This document shows positions 30,168-39,950 of a DNA stretch of 64,000 nt, piece by piece (the stretch's first letter is position 1; the number at the start of each line of letters is the position of its first letter). Under the pieces are notes generated by a model. It had not been told where the DNA came from. It did no database searches and was given only the letters and a program-made list of their open reading frames with translations. The stretch lies in IMG/VR virus record IMGVR_UViG_3300032073_002513, one strand, 5' to 3'. A program made the position numbers and the translations under genes. The stretch is from an uncultured virus (IMG/VR IMGVR_UViG_3300032073_002513) (lineage: Duplodnaviria; Heunggongvirae; Uroviricota; Caudoviricetes).

Positions 30168-31432
30168 GTAGAAAATTAGATTATGTAGTTTCAGGCACAA
30201 GTTATATGAGGTTTAGTAACCCAGGTATAGCTAAAGACGAAACGAATTCAAGCATTATTAATGTGCTTATAGACAAGCTGGTAACAGATGTTCACAGTCA
30301 TAAATTTAGTATGTTATATAACGGACATACAGAGTCCAGCTTTGGAGATAGATTTACAGCATATAAGGATCATGTACATGAGATACATGCAGACTCAGGT
30401 GGACTACAAATTGTTACTCAAGGTATGACTATTACAGATGAATTAAAAGATAAAGTATATGAGAACCAGGCAAAGTGGGCTGATGTAGGTATGTGCTTTG
30501 ATGAGATACCTGTAGTCCTTACAGGAGATAGATCAGATAGAAACGATACAAAAGCTAGGTTCTTTGACTTTGAAAATTATGAAGAACTAGCTCGTAAGAC
30601 AGGTAGAAATGTTAAACGACAATTAGAAATATTTGAAAAGAATGATAGTAAGTGTAAACCTTATATTATCCTACAAGGTAATTGTGTTGATACATATCTT
30701 AGATGGTATGAACTTCTAATGGAGGAAGTACCTGCAGAATGGCATGATAGAATTGGTGGTGTAGCAATGGGAGCAGCAGCTCTAGGCACAGGTCCACTTG
30801 AAGATGTTAAACGAGCCTTTATTGCTAGTGAGATTGCTAAGGTATGGCCACAAGAAACTATGCACCTACATGTATTAGGAGTAGGTAGTATTAGGCGTAT
30901 GATTCCTTATCTAGTCTTTTGTCAGAACGGTTTGTATGACAATGTAGAAATATCTTATGACTCTACTACACATAGCAGGGCGGTTGAGACAGGTTTATAC
31001 TACATGGGACAAGGCACAACTAAGTTCAGTAGAAAAATGTCTAATTTGTATCGAGAAATGTACGATAATGTGCAGGAAACGATCCAATTAGGCGTAGAAT
31101 TAGACGAATTTCACACCATTATGAACACACCTAGCATGAAGGCAAAAGAGAAATATGGCAATTTAAACAAATGGATCTATGTTAGAACAGCATTTATCCT
31201 TATGTCCATTAGAAACTTTATGGGGCATCTAGAACAGATGATGAATGACAAAGAAACCTTATTGAAGTTTACGGGTAAGATGAAACTTGACGGACAGTTC
31301 AGGAACCTCTATAATGTAACTAATCGTGAGCAGTTTGATGCTTGGGAAAATAACCAGTACTTAGGTGGTAGTATGAAATCAATGGCAGTAGGCACAGAAG
31401 CACCTAGTAGTTTAGAGGACTTATTTGAATGA
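30164..31432 (+). CDS. dpdA: TGT-fold transglycosylase, DpdA-like
   Basis: DSGGLQ, CFDEIP, ILQG, GGVAMG, HVLGVG, SYDSTT; clustered with folE/queD/queE. Confidence 0.78.
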   Translation: MSRKLDYVVSGTSYMRFSNPGIAKDETNSSIINVLIDKLVTDVHSHKFSMLYNGHTESSFGDRFTAYKDHVHEIHADSGGLQIVTQGMTITDELKDKVYENQAKWADVGMCFDEIPVVLTGDRSDRNDTKARFFDFENYEELARKTGRNVKRQLEIFEKNDSKCKPYIILQGNCVDTYLRWYELLMEEVPAEWHDRIGGVAMGAAALGTGPLEDVKRAFIASEIAKVWPQETMHLHVLGVGSIRRMIPYLVFCQNGLYDNVEISYDSTTHSRAVETGLYYMGQGTTKFSRKMSNLYREMYDNVQETIQLGVELDEFHTIMNTPSMKAKEKYGNLNKWIYVRTAFILMSIRNFMGHLEQMMNDKETLLKFTGKMKLDGQFRNLYNVTNREQFDAWENNQYLGGSMKSMAVGTEAPSSLEDLFE

Positions 31433-31995
31433 ATATATTTTTACTTAATGAAAATCCATTGTTGTGTGCAGAACAACATTGTGATAAACATGTTGTTAAA
31501 ATGGTAATTGAATATGCACAGCTTATGTCTACAGCACATAGGTACTTAGACGGAGAATTATATGGAGAGCTTACAGACAAAGGTAGAAAAATTAAAAGGT
31601 GGCGACATCCAAACTCTAACATGGAGTCTACTTTATACAAGGCCAGTCATGTCAACCATCCAGATGGTTTGTGGGTTAGAAATAGTAATGCCAATTACGA
31701 TTATCTATATGATCTATGGTTTAAATTATGTAAAGAATATACTCACAGGTATGGTAGGTTACACTTAACACAAGAAAAATTAGAACACTTACTTAGGTAT
31801 GCACCTAAGAATATTCCACATGCTGATACAGCAGATGTAAAAGGCTTGCCACTAGCAATGCCTGATGATGTAAAAGGTGAGAGTGTAGTCAACTCTTATC
31901 GTAGGTATTACAACAAATATAAAATTGACTTTGCTAAATATACAAACAGAGAGGAACCAACATGGCTAACAAGGCATACCGTAAACGCTATATAA
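31429..31995 (+). CDS. Pyrimidine-dimer glycosylase (DenV)-family protein
   Basis: MNIF....CAEQHCDKHVVKM..EYAQL, H.NHP, PLAMPD. Confidence 0.75.
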   Translation: MNIFLLNENPLLCAEQHCDKHVVKMVIEYAQLMSTAHRYLDGELYGELTDKGRKIKRWRHPNSNMESTLYKASHVNHPDGLWVRNSNANYDYLYDLWFKLCKEYTHRYGRLHLTQEKLEHLLRYAPKNIPHADTADVKGLPLAMPDDVKGESVVNSYRRYYNKYKIDFAKYTNREEPTWLTRHTVNAI

Positions 31996-32357
31996 AAGTA
32001 AGCTTTCAGAAAGAAGGAGTACACTTCTTCCCTGGAGCAGATACAAATCCTAAATATGCTACAGGCGATTGGGATGATGTTAGCTTCTTAGGATATCCTC
32101 ATAGGCACATGTTCCATTTCTATATTACATTAGGAGTTACACATAACGATCGTGATGTAGAGTTCATACAATTTAAGCGTGAACTAGAAAGAACTTTTGA
32201 TCAAGGTGTAATTAAACTAGACCACCAATCATGTGAAATGATTGGCGAATCACTTATAAATTATATAGAAGAGAAGTATCCTAACAGAGCTGTTAGAGTT
32301 GAAGTATTTGAGGATAATGAAAACGGAGGCATCATAGAAAATGATTTATTTAGTTGA
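31962..32357 (+). CDS. dpdL: QueD-paralog T-fold protein, DpdL-like (candidate CDG decarboxylase)
   Basis: LGYPHRHMF fits LxxxHRHxF; DRDVEF, SCEM, EDNENG; motif-to-family link is recalled, not searched. Confidence 0.7.
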   Translation: MANKAYRKRYIKVSFQKEGVHFFPGADTNPKYATGDWDDVSFLGYPHRHMFHFYITLGVTHNDRDVEFIQFKRELERTFDQGVIKLDHQSCEMIGESLINYIEEKYPNRAVRVEVFEDNENGGIIENDLFS

Positions 32358-33414
32358 TTTAGAATATGTAGAAACTAGATATACTGCCCAATGGAAAACA
32401 GAATTCCCTCAGCAAATAGCAGATGAGACTGGACAAGACATTACAGTTATTGAAGGTCCAGAAGAAATAGCAGCATGCACAACACCAGGTGCTTTTTTAA
32501 ACTTTGCAGGCACAAACATTTATAAAGCAGAACAAGTAAAATTGTTAGCAGAGTACTTTAATAATAATCAGATTAAGAATGGAGATCACTTTGTTTTTGC
32601 AGACGCTTGGCATCCAGGTATAATTAATCTTAAATATATGTTAGATCTATTTCAGATAGATGCAACAATACATGCACTATGGCATGCAGGCAGTTATGAT
32701 CCACAAGATTTTTTAGGTAGAAAGATAGGCAATAAACCTTGGGTTAGACATACAGAATTAGCTTTCTTCGATGCTATAGATAAAAATTATTTTGCTAGTA
32801 ATTTTCATATAGAAATGTTTGCTAGTACATTCTTTAATCCTTCAGACGAAGAATATATTAATAGTAAAATTGTTAGAACAGGCTGGCCTATGGAGTACTT
32901 AGGTAACTACATACAAGCAGGTAGAATAGAAAAAGACAATATTATTTTATTCCCTCACAGAGATGCACCTGAGAAACAACTAAGTATATTTAAAGATTTA
33001 GAAAAAGAATTACCACAATATAAATGGATTAATTGTAACGAATATAATTTAACTAAGGTTGAATATAATCAGTTACTTGAACAATCCAAGATGGTATTCT
33101 CAGCAAACTTACAAGAAACATTAGGCATTAGCTGTTATGAAATACTAATGGCAGGAGGTATGCCTCTTGTTCCTAATAGACTATCTTATGTAGAAATGTA
33201 TGAGGATATATTTAAGTACCCTACGCAATTTACAAAAGACTGGAAAGGATATCAAGACAATAAAAGTATTCTATTAGGCAAGATAGAAACAATGATGGAA
33301 AATTTTAATTCACCTGAAATACAAGGTGCAATTAAGAGTAATAGAGACACGCTGAAGACACAATACTTCTCGGCAACAAACATATATCAGGAGTTAATGA
33401 ATGAGAAAATTTAA
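32341..33414 (+). CDS. GT-B glycosyltransferase
   Basis: HAGSYDP, FPHRDAPEKQ, QETLGISCYE, PNRLSY.E. Confidence 0.8.
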   Translation: MIYLVDLEYVETRYTAQWKTEFPQQIADETGQDITVIEGPEEIAACTTPGAFLNFAGTNIYKAEQVKLLAEYFNNNQIKNGDHFVFADAWHPGIINLKYMLDLFQIDATIHALWHAGSYDPQDFLGRKIGNKPWVRHTELAFFDAIDKNYFASNFHIEMFASTFFNPSDEEYINSKIVRTGWPMEYLGNYIQAGRIEKDNIILFPHRDAPEKQLSIFKDLEKELPQYKWINCNEYNLTKVEYNQLLEQSKMVFSANLQETLGISCYEILMAGGMPLVPNRLSYVEMYEDIFKYPTQFTKDWKGYQDNKSILLGKIETMMENFNSPEIQGAIKSNRDTLKTQYFSATNIYQELMNEKI

Positions 33415-33856
33415 ATATTTATCTACAAAAACATATGGACATGAGGAAGGCTTATCATGTGTATTTAGACAACCCTTGGCCTTACATAGTCATTGCAGTT
33501 TATTACATGGATATGCTTTATCTTTTAGTTTTAAGTTTGGTTGTGAGAAATTAGACGACAAGAATTGGGTAGTAGATTTTGGCAACTTAAAGGAATTAAA
33601 AAAGTGGTTGAAAGATTCTTTTGATCACAAACATGCAGTAGCAAAAGACGATCCTGAGATGGGAACATTTCTTAAACTAGAAGAACAAGGATTGTCAGAA
33701 GTAGTAGTAATGAATGGTGTTGGTTGTGAGAAATTTGCAGAACAAGCATTTCATTATGCAGATGAATTAGTAAGTAACTTGACAGACGGCAGATGTTATG
33801 CTGTCTCATGTGAAGTTAGGGAACACGGGGCTAACAGCGCTATATACGAGGGCTAA
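33401..33856 (+). CDS. queD: 6-carboxy-tetrahydropterin synthase
   Basis: HCSLLHGY, WVVDFG.LK, FDH, GCEKFA, EHGANSA. Confidence 0.9.
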   Translation: MRKFKYLSTKTYGHEEGLSCVFRQPLALHSHCSLLHGYALSFSFKFGCEKLDDKNWVVDFGNLKELKKWLKDSFDHKHAVAKDDPEMGTFLKLEEQGLSEVVVMNGVGCEKFAEQAFHYADELVSNLTDGRCYAVSCEVREHGANSAIYEG

Positions 33857-33859
33857 CTT

Positions 33860-34921
33860 ATGAAAGTAGCTCTAGTTACAGACACCCATTTTGGTGCCAG
33901 AAGTGATAGTCTAGCTTTCGATGCTTACTTTGCTAAGTTTTATGACGAAACATTCTTTCCTTATTTAAAAGAACATGATATTAAAACTGTATGCCACTTG
34001 GGTGACATATTTGATAGACGAAAGTATATAAATTTTAATACATTGAAGTCCTGTAAAAGATACTTCTTTAAACAGGCAGAGGATTTAGGTATAGACATAC
34101 ACATGATTCCAGGTAATCATGATACCTATTTTAAAAATACAAATGATGTAAACAGCCCTGACTTATTGTTAGGAGAATATAACAACATAACATTATATCA
34201 GGAACCAACAGAAATAATGTTAGATAGAGAGAAGGTACTTTACCTTCCATGGATATGTGGTGAGAATTATGACAGGACTATGGCCAAAATTAAAGAATCT
34301 GACGCAAAGACTTGCTTCGGACATTTCGAGTTCGCAGGTTACTTCCTTCTTCCTGGAATGCCTAATCTCCATGGCATGGATACTGACGCTTTTGTTGACT
34401 TTGATCTTGTGGTCAGTGGCCATTTCCATCATCGCCATAGCAGAGGGAATATTACATATATGGGCAACCCTTATGAAATCACTTGGTCTGACTATAAAGA
34501 CCCTAGAGGTTTCGCCATATATGACACGGTTAAAAGAGATTTGGAGTACATCAACAACCCGTTTAGAATCTTCCACAAGATTTATTACGACGATTCAGAT
34601 TTCGAGGGGAGCAATGCCATTAGCAATTTTGATTTTACTAGTGTCGTTGGTTCTAATGTTAAACTAATTGTAAATAAAAAGACAGACTATAAAAAGTTTG
34701 ATGTCTTTGTAGACAAATTATACACATGCAATCTAATTGATCTAAAAATTATTGAAGACTTCTCAGAGTTTGAGGATGAGGCATTGGGTGAGGAAATAGA
34801 TCTAGAAGATACAATGACATTGCTAAAAGAATATGTTGATGTTGTTGAAACAGATTTAGACAAACAACGAATTAAAAATTTACTACAGAGCCTATACATC
34901 GAGGCACAAGATACAGTATGA
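33860..34921 (+). CDS. gp47: Recombination nuclease gp47 (Mre11/SbcD-like)
   Basis: TDTHFG, LGDIFD, GNHD, SGHFH. Confidence 0.95.
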   Translation: MKVALVTDTHFGARSDSLAFDAYFAKFYDETFFPYLKEHDIKTVCHLGDIFDRRKYINFNTLKSCKRYFFKQAEDLGIDIHMIPGNHDTYFKNTNDVNSPDLLLGEYNNITLYQEPTEIMLDREKVLYLPWICGENYDRTMAKIKESDAKTCFGHFEFAGYFLLPGMPNLHGMDTDAFVDFDLVVSGHFHHRHSRGNITYMGNPYEITWSDYKDPRGFAIYDTVKRDLEYINNPFRIFHKIYYDDSDFEGSNAISNFDFTSVVGSNVKLIVNKKTDYKKFDVFVDKLYTCNLIDLKIIEDFSEFEDEALGEEIDLEDTMTLLKEYVDVVETDLDKQRIKNLLQSLYIEAQDTV

Positions 34922-36615
34922 TACAATTTAAAAATATTAAATGGAAAAATTTCCTGTCGACTGGTAATGCTTATACAGAGATTGATTTTACAAAGTCTCC
35001 TAGTACATTAATTATAGGTGAGAACGGTTCAGGTAAATCTACATTATTAGATGCTTTGACATTTGCATTATTTAATAAACCTTTTAGGAATGTATCTAAG
35101 CCCCAACTTATTAATACTATTAATGGCAAGAATTGTTTAGTAGAAATAGCATTTAGTATAGGCACAAAGAACTATACTATTAAGAGAGGACTACAACCTA
35201 GAGTATTTGATATTACAATTAATGGAGACTTGTTAGATAAGAATGCTAACATAAGAGACTTCCAAAAATATCTAGAAGAGAATATTCTAAAACTTAATTA
35301 CAAGTCTTTTACACAAATTGTTATGTTAGGTAGTGCCTCATTTACACCTTTCATGCAGTTACACTTGGGTGCTAGGCGAGAGATTATTGAGGATATATTA
35401 GACATCAGTATCTTTACAAGCATGAATGCTGTACTTAAAGGCAAGCTTACACAATTAGAAAACGATAAAAGAATTATAGAAGGTGAGATAGATGTTGCAA
35501 AACAAAAGTGTAATCTTCAAGAAACATATATAAAAACATTGGAGGATGATAAATCATCTAAAGTCACACAGATCTTAAAAGACATTAAGGAGACTGATAA
35601 TGCGATCGAGACGGCTACTGAAGAAGCTCAGCGATTCGGGAAGGAGAAGCAGGAGGTTGGTCCTGTTAGCGAAAAGAAAAGAAAACTTGAAGAATTTAGA
35701 AGCAAGTTCGAAAGTCAAATTGCCAACCACAGAAAAGAACTAGAGTTCTTCCACAACAATGAAGAGTGTCCTACTTGCCAGCAAGGCATAGAACACGATC
35801 ACAAAGATTTAATGACACAAAGAGATGAACAAAAAATCTCTGAACTTGAAACAGCTCTAGAAGAACTGAATACGAAGTATAGCGAGGTAGAAGTATTAGT
35901 ACAAAAGGTTCAAGAGTTAGATGAAAAGATAATAGAAACAAACAATGAAGTCATTACACAACAAAGAATACAACAGCGCCTACAGTTAGAACTTAGTGAT
36001 ACAGAACACAAGACAGGCAACATTAAAGATGAGAAAACAAAACTTAAAACTCTAGCAAAGAGTACACTTAAAAAGGTTGAAAGTAGAAGTGAACTAAGCA
36101 ACAACGAACATTATTTTAATGTTGCTAAGTCTATGTTACAGGATACCGGAATCAAGACAAAGATTATAAAAGCATATCTACCTATAATAAATAAATTAGT
36201 TAACAAATATTTAGCAGCAATGGATTTCTTTGTTCAGTTTGATTTAGACGAAACATTTAAAGAAACTATTAAGAGTAGAGGCAGAGATAAATTTAGTTAC
36301 GCATCTTTTAGTGAAGGTGAAAAACAAAGAATAGATTTAGCATTAGTTTTTACATGGAGAACTATTGCTAAGATGAAGAACAGCGCTAGTACAAATATTT
36401 TATTATTAGATGAAGTGTTTGATAGTAGTTTAGATGTTAATGGTACAGACTATGTTATGGAATTGTTGAACACAATAGGCGAAGATACAAATGTCTTTGT
36501 AATCTCGCACAAGGGTGATCAACTATTTGACAAGTTTAGATCTGTAGTTAGATTTGAAAAAAGACAAAACTATTCTGTATTAGAGAATAGGAAAAAAGAA
36601 AATGAAATACACTGA
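34918..36615 (+). CDS. gp46: Recombination ATPase gp46 (Rad50/SbcC-like)
   Basis: GENGSGKS, CPTC hook, FSEGE, LLDEVFD, ISH. Confidence 0.96.
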   Translation: MIQFKNIKWKNFLSTGNAYTEIDFTKSPSTLIIGENGSGKSTLLDALTFALFNKPFRNVSKPQLINTINGKNCLVEIAFSIGTKNYTIKRGLQPRVFDITINGDLLDKNANIRDFQKYLEENILKLNYKSFTQIVMLGSASFTPFMQLHLGARREIIEDILDISIFTSMNAVLKGKLTQLENDKRIIEGEIDVAKQKCNLQETYIKTLEDDKSSKVTQILKDIKETDNAIETATEEAQRFGKEKQEVGPVSEKKRKLEEFRSKFESQIANHRKELEFFHNNEECPTCQQGIEHDHKDLMTQRDEQKISELETALEELNTKYSEVEVLVQKVQELDEKIIETNNEVITQQRIQQRLQLELSDTEHKTGNIKDEKTKLKTLAKSTLKKVESRSELSNNEHYFNVAKSMLQDTGIKTKIIKAYLPIINKLVNKYLAAMDFFVQFDLDETFKETIKSRGRDKFSYASFSEGEKQRIDLALVFTWRTIAKMKNSASTNILLLDEVFDSSLDVNGTDYVMELLNTIGEDTNVFVISHKGDQLFDKFRSVVRFEKRQNYSVLENRKKENEIH

Positions 36616-37255
36616 ACAATTTGCCAAACACGAATACTTAACAGACAAATGCTGGCCACATACATATGGTCCTAAGATTTATGATGACTTGTTTGAACCT
36701 ATACAACATACAGTTAGAAATTATTTAGAGTTAGGCTCTGCTTATGGTGGGTCTGCTTTATTAGCTAGAGATTATTTTACTAGGGCTACAGTATGGACAG
36801 TAGATATTGTTAGTCCTAATAGAAGAATACAATCCTCAGATAGAATTATTACATTACAAGCAGACGCATATCAAAAACGAATAGCTGATATGTTTCCACC
36901 TGACATGGATATTATTATTGATGATGCCTCACATAATATAGAGCATCAACAAAAAGCAATTGAATTATATCTTTCTAAACTAACAGTAGGTGGACATTTT
37001 ATTATAGAAGATGTAGAGTCTCCAACAAACTCTTTTAAATTGTTTGATAAAAAAGTAGACGAGGTTTATAACAAATTAAAGACTCGAGGTAATATGTATC
37101 TTGACTATGAAGTATCTACATACGAAGGCCCAGAGTACTATGCTAATGTAAAACCTGGAAGAGAAGAACAAGCAGAAGAAGAAATGAAAGAGTATGGTGA
37201 GTTAAGACTAAAAGCAAAGAATGATAACTTATACATTGTAAAGAGAAAAGTATGA
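36602..37255 (+). CDS. Class I SAM-dependent methyltransferase
   Basis: TDK..H.Y, LELGSAYGGS, IIIDDASH, GGHFIIED. Confidence 0.8.
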   Translation: MKYTEQFAKHEYLTDKCWPHTYGPKIYDDLFEPIQHTVRNYLELGSAYGGSALLARDYFTRATVWTVDIVSPNRRIQSSDRIITLQADAYQKRIADMFPPDMDIIIDDASHNIEHQQKAIELYLSKLTVGGHFIIEDVESPTNSFKLFDKKVDEVYNKLKTRGNMYLDYEVSTYEGPEYYANVKPGREEQAEEEMKEYGELRLKAKNDNLYIVKRKV

Positions 37256-38340
37256 ATAATGAAAATATCAAAGTTATATTAAGAAATCCATTACAAGTAA
37301 AAGTCCAAGAAGGTTATAGTGACTTTTTAGAATACACTATTCATCCTTTAGATACACCTATTAAAGAAGCTTGGTTAGAAAAACTTAGAGATATACTTAG
37401 ACAAAATTTACCTATTGACAATGACTTTTGCCACTTAGGTTTCCCACAGACACATAGGGACTTACCTTTTCTATGTAATAGACTCAACGATTGTAAAAGA
37501 ATAATAAATGAATTTCCCTGGGAAGACTTTGTACTCAGACCAATAAAAATAACAGAAACATTTACACCTGAATTATGTGTAAGAGAAGAGTCGGTTCATA
37601 CAGGTATCACAGGAGGCGCAGACGATTGGGTTAATCATGATGTAATGAATACTCTTCATAACTATTTTGAGAAAATGAATGGTACAATAGAAAATCCTTC
37701 TCCCTATATAGCAGCAGCACAAAAATGGCCAGAGATAATAATTGATGATGTTATACATTATCCTAAAAATGTAGATCAAAATACACCATGCGCACAGGCA
37801 ATAAAAGATCTAAATTTAATATGTCATGAGATGGAATCATTAATTAACGCAATGAAAGCAGGGCTAGATGCTACATCAACAACTATTGTACAATGGAACA
37901 GATCAGATAGATGGCCTTTAGAAGACTATATGAGAGATGGATTCGTACAAAATAGATACAAAAGAGTTCCTGGTGGTGTATATTTACATTGGAGTCAAGT
38001 AGGTAAAACATTATTAGAAGTATTCAATGATGAAGGTGCTCCTAAGTTAGACAAAACAACCTGTGAGGCTATAACACATTTGGATTATTATAGTGCAATG
38101 TTTGATATACATTGGGGACCTGATCAAGACTGGGCACCGGATACTTTCTGGCCTTGGTTAGAAGAGAATGGATTAGATCCTAATGATAAATATCTTTCAT
38201 TAGGATTCATGCCTATAGGTCAAGTAAACTTAGAACAATCTTTCGGAACGGAAGATCCCAAGAAAATTTTAGCTATTAAAGGCAGGTATCTACATATACA
38301 TAGTATAGAGTTCGATGGTATTAAAGCTGTGTATGAGTAA
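37252..38340 (+). CDS. Hypothetical protein (paralog of 62732..63481)
   Basis: MNTLHNYFE, LNLICHEME, VYLHWSQVGK, LGFMPIG. Confidence 0.7.
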   Translation: MNNENIKVILRNPLQVKVQEGYSDFLEYTIHPLDTPIKEAWLEKLRDILRQNLPIDNDFCHLGFPQTHRDLPFLCNRLNDCKRIINEFPWEDFVLRPIKITETFTPELCVREESVHTGITGGADDWVNHDVMNTLHNYFEKMNGTIENPSPYIAAAQKWPEIIIDDVIHYPKNVDQNTPCAQAIKDLNLICHEMESLINAMKAGLDATSTTIVQWNRSDRWPLEDYMRDGFVQNRYKRVPGGVYLHWSQVGKTLLEVFNDEGAPKLDKTTCEAITHLDYYSAMFDIHWGPDQDWAPDTFWPWLEENGLDPNDKYLSLGFMPIGQVNLEQSFGTEDPKKILAIKGRYLHIHSIEFDGIKAVYE

Positions 38341-38647
38341 ATGGCACGGTGGTAAAGGTAGTAAGCGACGACAAGGTAATGAAGATGCTTATAGAGATAA
38401 TTGGGATTTAATTTTTAAAAGGAAAAAAATGATAGAGATATATGGAAAACCAAGGTGTCCTTTTTGTGATAGAGCTAAAGCACTATGCGAACAGAAAGGA
38501 TTAGATTATACTTATAAAATGTTGGATGCAGACTTTACTGCTGAGGAGATGTTTGAAAGAGCACCTAACGCTAAAACATTCCCACAAATTTTTATAGACG
38601 GTGAAGCTATTGGAGGCTTTACAGAACTGGAGAAACTACATGGCTGA
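38333..38647 (+). CDS. grx: Glutaredoxin (domain from 38429) with in-frame basic N-terminal peptide
   Basis: CPFC, TFPQIFIDG..IGGF. Confidence 0.88.
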   Translation: MSKWHGGKGSKRRQGNEDAYRDNWDLIFKRKKMIEIYGKPRCPFCDRAKALCEQKGLDYTYKMLDADFTAEEMFERAPNAKTFPQIFIDGEAIGGFTELEKLHG

Positions 38648-39005
38648 GTTTACTGGCACAGGTTATATTGCTTTGCCGCTAACAGTACATATAAAGGACA
38701 GTCCTATCCATGGACAAGGTCTTTTTGCTAAGGAAGACATTCCTATAGACACAGAGCTAGGAGAGGCACATGCTTTTCTAATGCAGGATTGGGATGGAGA
38801 AGGAGAGTGGGGTAGAAAAGAATGGATGAGAACTCCTTTAGGAGCTTTTATTAATCATAGTAATACACCTAATGCTCTTGTAGAAGTAAGAACTCCTGTA
38901 GAGTATCCTAATACCACAACACTAATTACAACCACTAATATTTTAGCTGGCGAAGAAATAACAGTATCATATGATGAAGGTACATTTTCATTACTAGGAC
39001 TATGA
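38640..39005 (+). CDS. SET-domain protein
   Basis: SPIHGQGLFA, FINHSNTPN, GEEITVSY. Confidence 0.9.
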   Translation: MAEFTGTGYIALPLTVHIKDSPIHGQGLFAKEDIPIDTELGEAHAFLMQDWDGEGEWGRKEWMRTPLGAFINHSNTPNALVEVRTPVEYPNTTTLITTTNILAGEEITVSYDEGTFSLLGL

Positions 39006-39355
39006 GTTTTAGTAAAGAAACATATCGTCCGTTACCAGAAGGGTTGACAATATCTCAATCCAAAATAGATGGACTAGGGCTACACGCCTTAAAAGATTTC
39101 GAGGCAGGAGAGAAGTTTGGTGAGACACATGTATTAGTACATAGTAGAGACAGACATGAATGGATTAGAACACCTCTTGGTGGATTTATAAATCATAGTG
39201 ATAATCCTAATTGTTTTATTACTACAGACGCAGGTGATAGAACATTATATGCAACGATGCCTATTAAAGAAGGCGATGAAATTACAGTCTATTATAGATT
39301 CAAAGGTTACGACGGCATTATACATAATGATACAGAACCAGATATAGGATGTTAA
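39002..39355 (+). CDS. SET-domain protein
   Basis: SKIDGLGLHA, FINHSDNPN, GDEITVYY. Confidence 0.9.
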   Translation: MSFSKETYRPLPEGLTISQSKIDGLGLHALKDFEAGEKFGETHVLVHSRDRHEWIRTPLGGFINHSDNPNCFITTDAGDRTLYATMPIKEGDEITVYYRFKGYDGIIHNDTEPDIGC

Positions 39356-39356
39356 A

Positions 39357-39929
39357 ATGGAAGAAGCAACGATAACAGAAAGTGAAACAACAGTATTGGA
39401 TAAATTAGAGTTAATACCTTTTAACGATCCTTTATTAAAAAGAAAACCTAAACCTTTTGACTTTGATAAAGACAATGCAAAAGAACTTAAACAAAAACTT
39501 CTCAAGGCAATGCACGAACTTGGAGGTGTAGGACTATCAGCTAACCAAGTAGGAATAGATAAGGCAGTATTTGTTATAGGCGACGGTAAAGAAGAAGGAC
39601 TACAAAAAGCATTCTTTAATCCTGAGATACTAGGTATAGGAAAAGACATGGAGTCTATGAAAGAAGGATGTTTATCCTTCCCAGGTTTGTGGCTTATGGT
39701 AAGTAGACCTAAACAGGCTATGATAAAATATTGGGACGAAGAAGGTGAAGAACATATGGAAACTTATGAAGGTGTAACGAGTCGTGTTATACAACATGAG
39801 TACGATCACATGTTAGGCCATAATTTTACATACAGAGTGTCTAAAATAAAATTAGATCGTGCTCTTAAAGCAATAGATAAAAAGATTAAGAAGTACCAAA
39901 GACGCCAGGCTCAGGCCAAACAGGCATAA
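39357..39929 (+). CDS. def: Peptide deformylase
   Basis: GVGLSANQ, EGCLS, QHEYDH. Confidence 0.96.
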   Translation: MEEATITESETTVLDKLELIPFNDPLLKRKPKPFDFDKDNAKELKQKLLKAMHELGGVGLSANQVGIDKAVFVIGDGKEEGLQKAFFNPEILGIGKDMESMKEGCLSFPGLWLMVSRPKQAMIKYWDEEGEEHMETYEGVTSRVIQHEYDHMLGHNFTYRVSKIKLDRALKAIDKKIKKYQRRQAQAKQA

Positions 39930-39950
39930 ATAGTATTAAAGGAGAAACAG

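Noticed and set aside
30164..31432. Ordinary tRNA-guanine transglycosylase for queuosine
   Set aside because: No CxCxxC zinc motif, no queC/queF/queA and no tRNAs in the window; a DNA-acting DpdA-like role fits better but is unproven.
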